Shown in pieces: positions 62,966 to 64,000 of a DNA stretch of 64,000 bases. Position 1 is the stretch's first letter. Each line of letters begins with the position of its first letter. The position numbers and the translations under genes are program-made. The notes under the pieces were generated by a model. The model did no database searches. It was not told where the DNA came from and worked only from the letters and a program-made list of their open reading frames with translations. This DNA is from Centroscyllium fabricii. Its lineage: Eukaryota. Location: positions 137,516,001-137,580,000 of the forward strand of contig JBNRSN020000011.1 in the NCBI GenBank assembly GCA_051313645.2, in the 5' to 3' direction.

Positions 62966-63264
62966 TAATAAATAAAATGAATGGAGTAAGGAATGGAACA
63001 TGGATTTTAATGTAGATAAAAATGAGCTCATACACAAAAGTGACGTGTATACATAATGATCATCTGGCCATTAACAAAGGTGTAAAAGGAAAATGATTTG
63101 ACATTAAACTCAAAGCGTTACTGGGAAATGTAGTTCAGCAAGCACAGGGGTGATGGATGAATGAGTCTTGGTGCGAGTTAGGATAGGGGCAGCAGAGTTT
63201 TGGATGAGCTCAAGTTTACAAAGAGTGCAAGGTGGGTGGCCGGCCAGGAGAGCATTGGAATAGT

Positions 63265-63330
63265 CCAGGAAATGCTGGAAATACTCAGCAGGTCAGTCAG
63301 CATCTGTGGAGAGAGAAACAGAGTTAATTT
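63265..63330 (-). mobile_element. PLE pseudo-LTR fragment
   Basis: Homologous to 58178-58240; cut by the MITE at the hammerhead helix I. Confidence 0.6.
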
Positions 63331-63331
63331 T

Positions 63332-64000
63332 GGCCCAGAAATTCGGGTCGGAGGCTTCCCGTGGGTGCAAGCCTCCAACGTGCACTTACCTTGCATGCCG
63401 GCCGTTGTGCTGTGGGCCCACATGAGATTGTGATCCTGGGCCTGCTCCAACTGCCGGTGCACAGTACTGGCGTATCCCAGGGGCGCAGTTAGTTCGATGC
63501 GTCCCCTGGGATCACGTGGGCCATGGAGAGCCAATCGGAGCAGGGAATGCTTCATTCATAAGTTTGACAGGAAGAGCTGTTAAAACTATGAATACTATAA
63601 GCCCCAAAACATCACTAAAACTTCAAATAATTTCTTTTTTAAATCACATTTTTAAAATAACTATAAATTACATGAAATAACTATTTTAAACAATTAAACA
63701 ATTTTAAATTAATTATATTTTCTAACTAGGCTAAAAATAAACTTACGTTTCTTTAAAGTATTTAAAAATAATAAACCTGTGGAAAAAATGTTTTAATTTG
63801 AATTAATTCACCACTTACCTTGTTAAAAGCAGGCCTTATGCCTGCTTTTTACATGTGTAAAATCTGCAGACTTACCCGCACAGAAAAACCTGTAAAGAAT
63901 ACGTAAGTTCAATGCGCACGCGCTGCCTCTCCCGCGCACGTGTTCCACCTCTTAACCCCTGCTTTCAGGGGAACGGAAGCTTCAGTTTCCCACGCATGTG
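63332..64000. mobile_element. Harbinger-like MITE, inverted homologue of 46309-47056, runs off the window
   Basis: Starts GGCCCAGAAATTCGGGT; collinear reverse-complement similarity throughout. Confidence 0.85.

Overview
Eukaryotic, repeat-rich DNA, most likely from a shark or other elasmobranch. This is inferred from the HE1/V-SINE-type SINEs paired with HER1/CR1-type LINE tails. No intact host protein-coding gene can be confirmed, and nearly all ORFs in the track come from repeats or are chance frames. Repeats: 12 V-SINE copies, a second tRNA-derived SINE family, many truncated CR1 LINEs, Rex1/Babar tails, Penelope-like (PLE) fragments, Harbinger-like MITEs and one Tigger-like element. Two long repeat-poor blocks (about 9.3-21.9 kb and 35.7-42.6 kb) resemble clusters of vertebrate conserved enhancers. 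Highlights: (1) tiny PLE-derived insertions that are little more than a minimal hammerhead ribozyme, with 12-13 bp flanking duplications and junctions at ribozyme boundaries; (2) a three-exon Myb/SANT-like gene with coiled-coil, AT-hook and NLS, of Harbinger type, cut by a single CGA>TGA change and followed by a second decayed frame of unknown family; (3) a ~306 bp loopless palindrome inside a MITE; (4) MITEs carrying repeated co-oriented GGTAAGT (U1-type) sites; (5) a recurrent 5'-truncation point in the V-SINEs. All family names come from motif recognition by eye, not database searches. Element boundaries are approximate unless a TSD or TIR is quoted.
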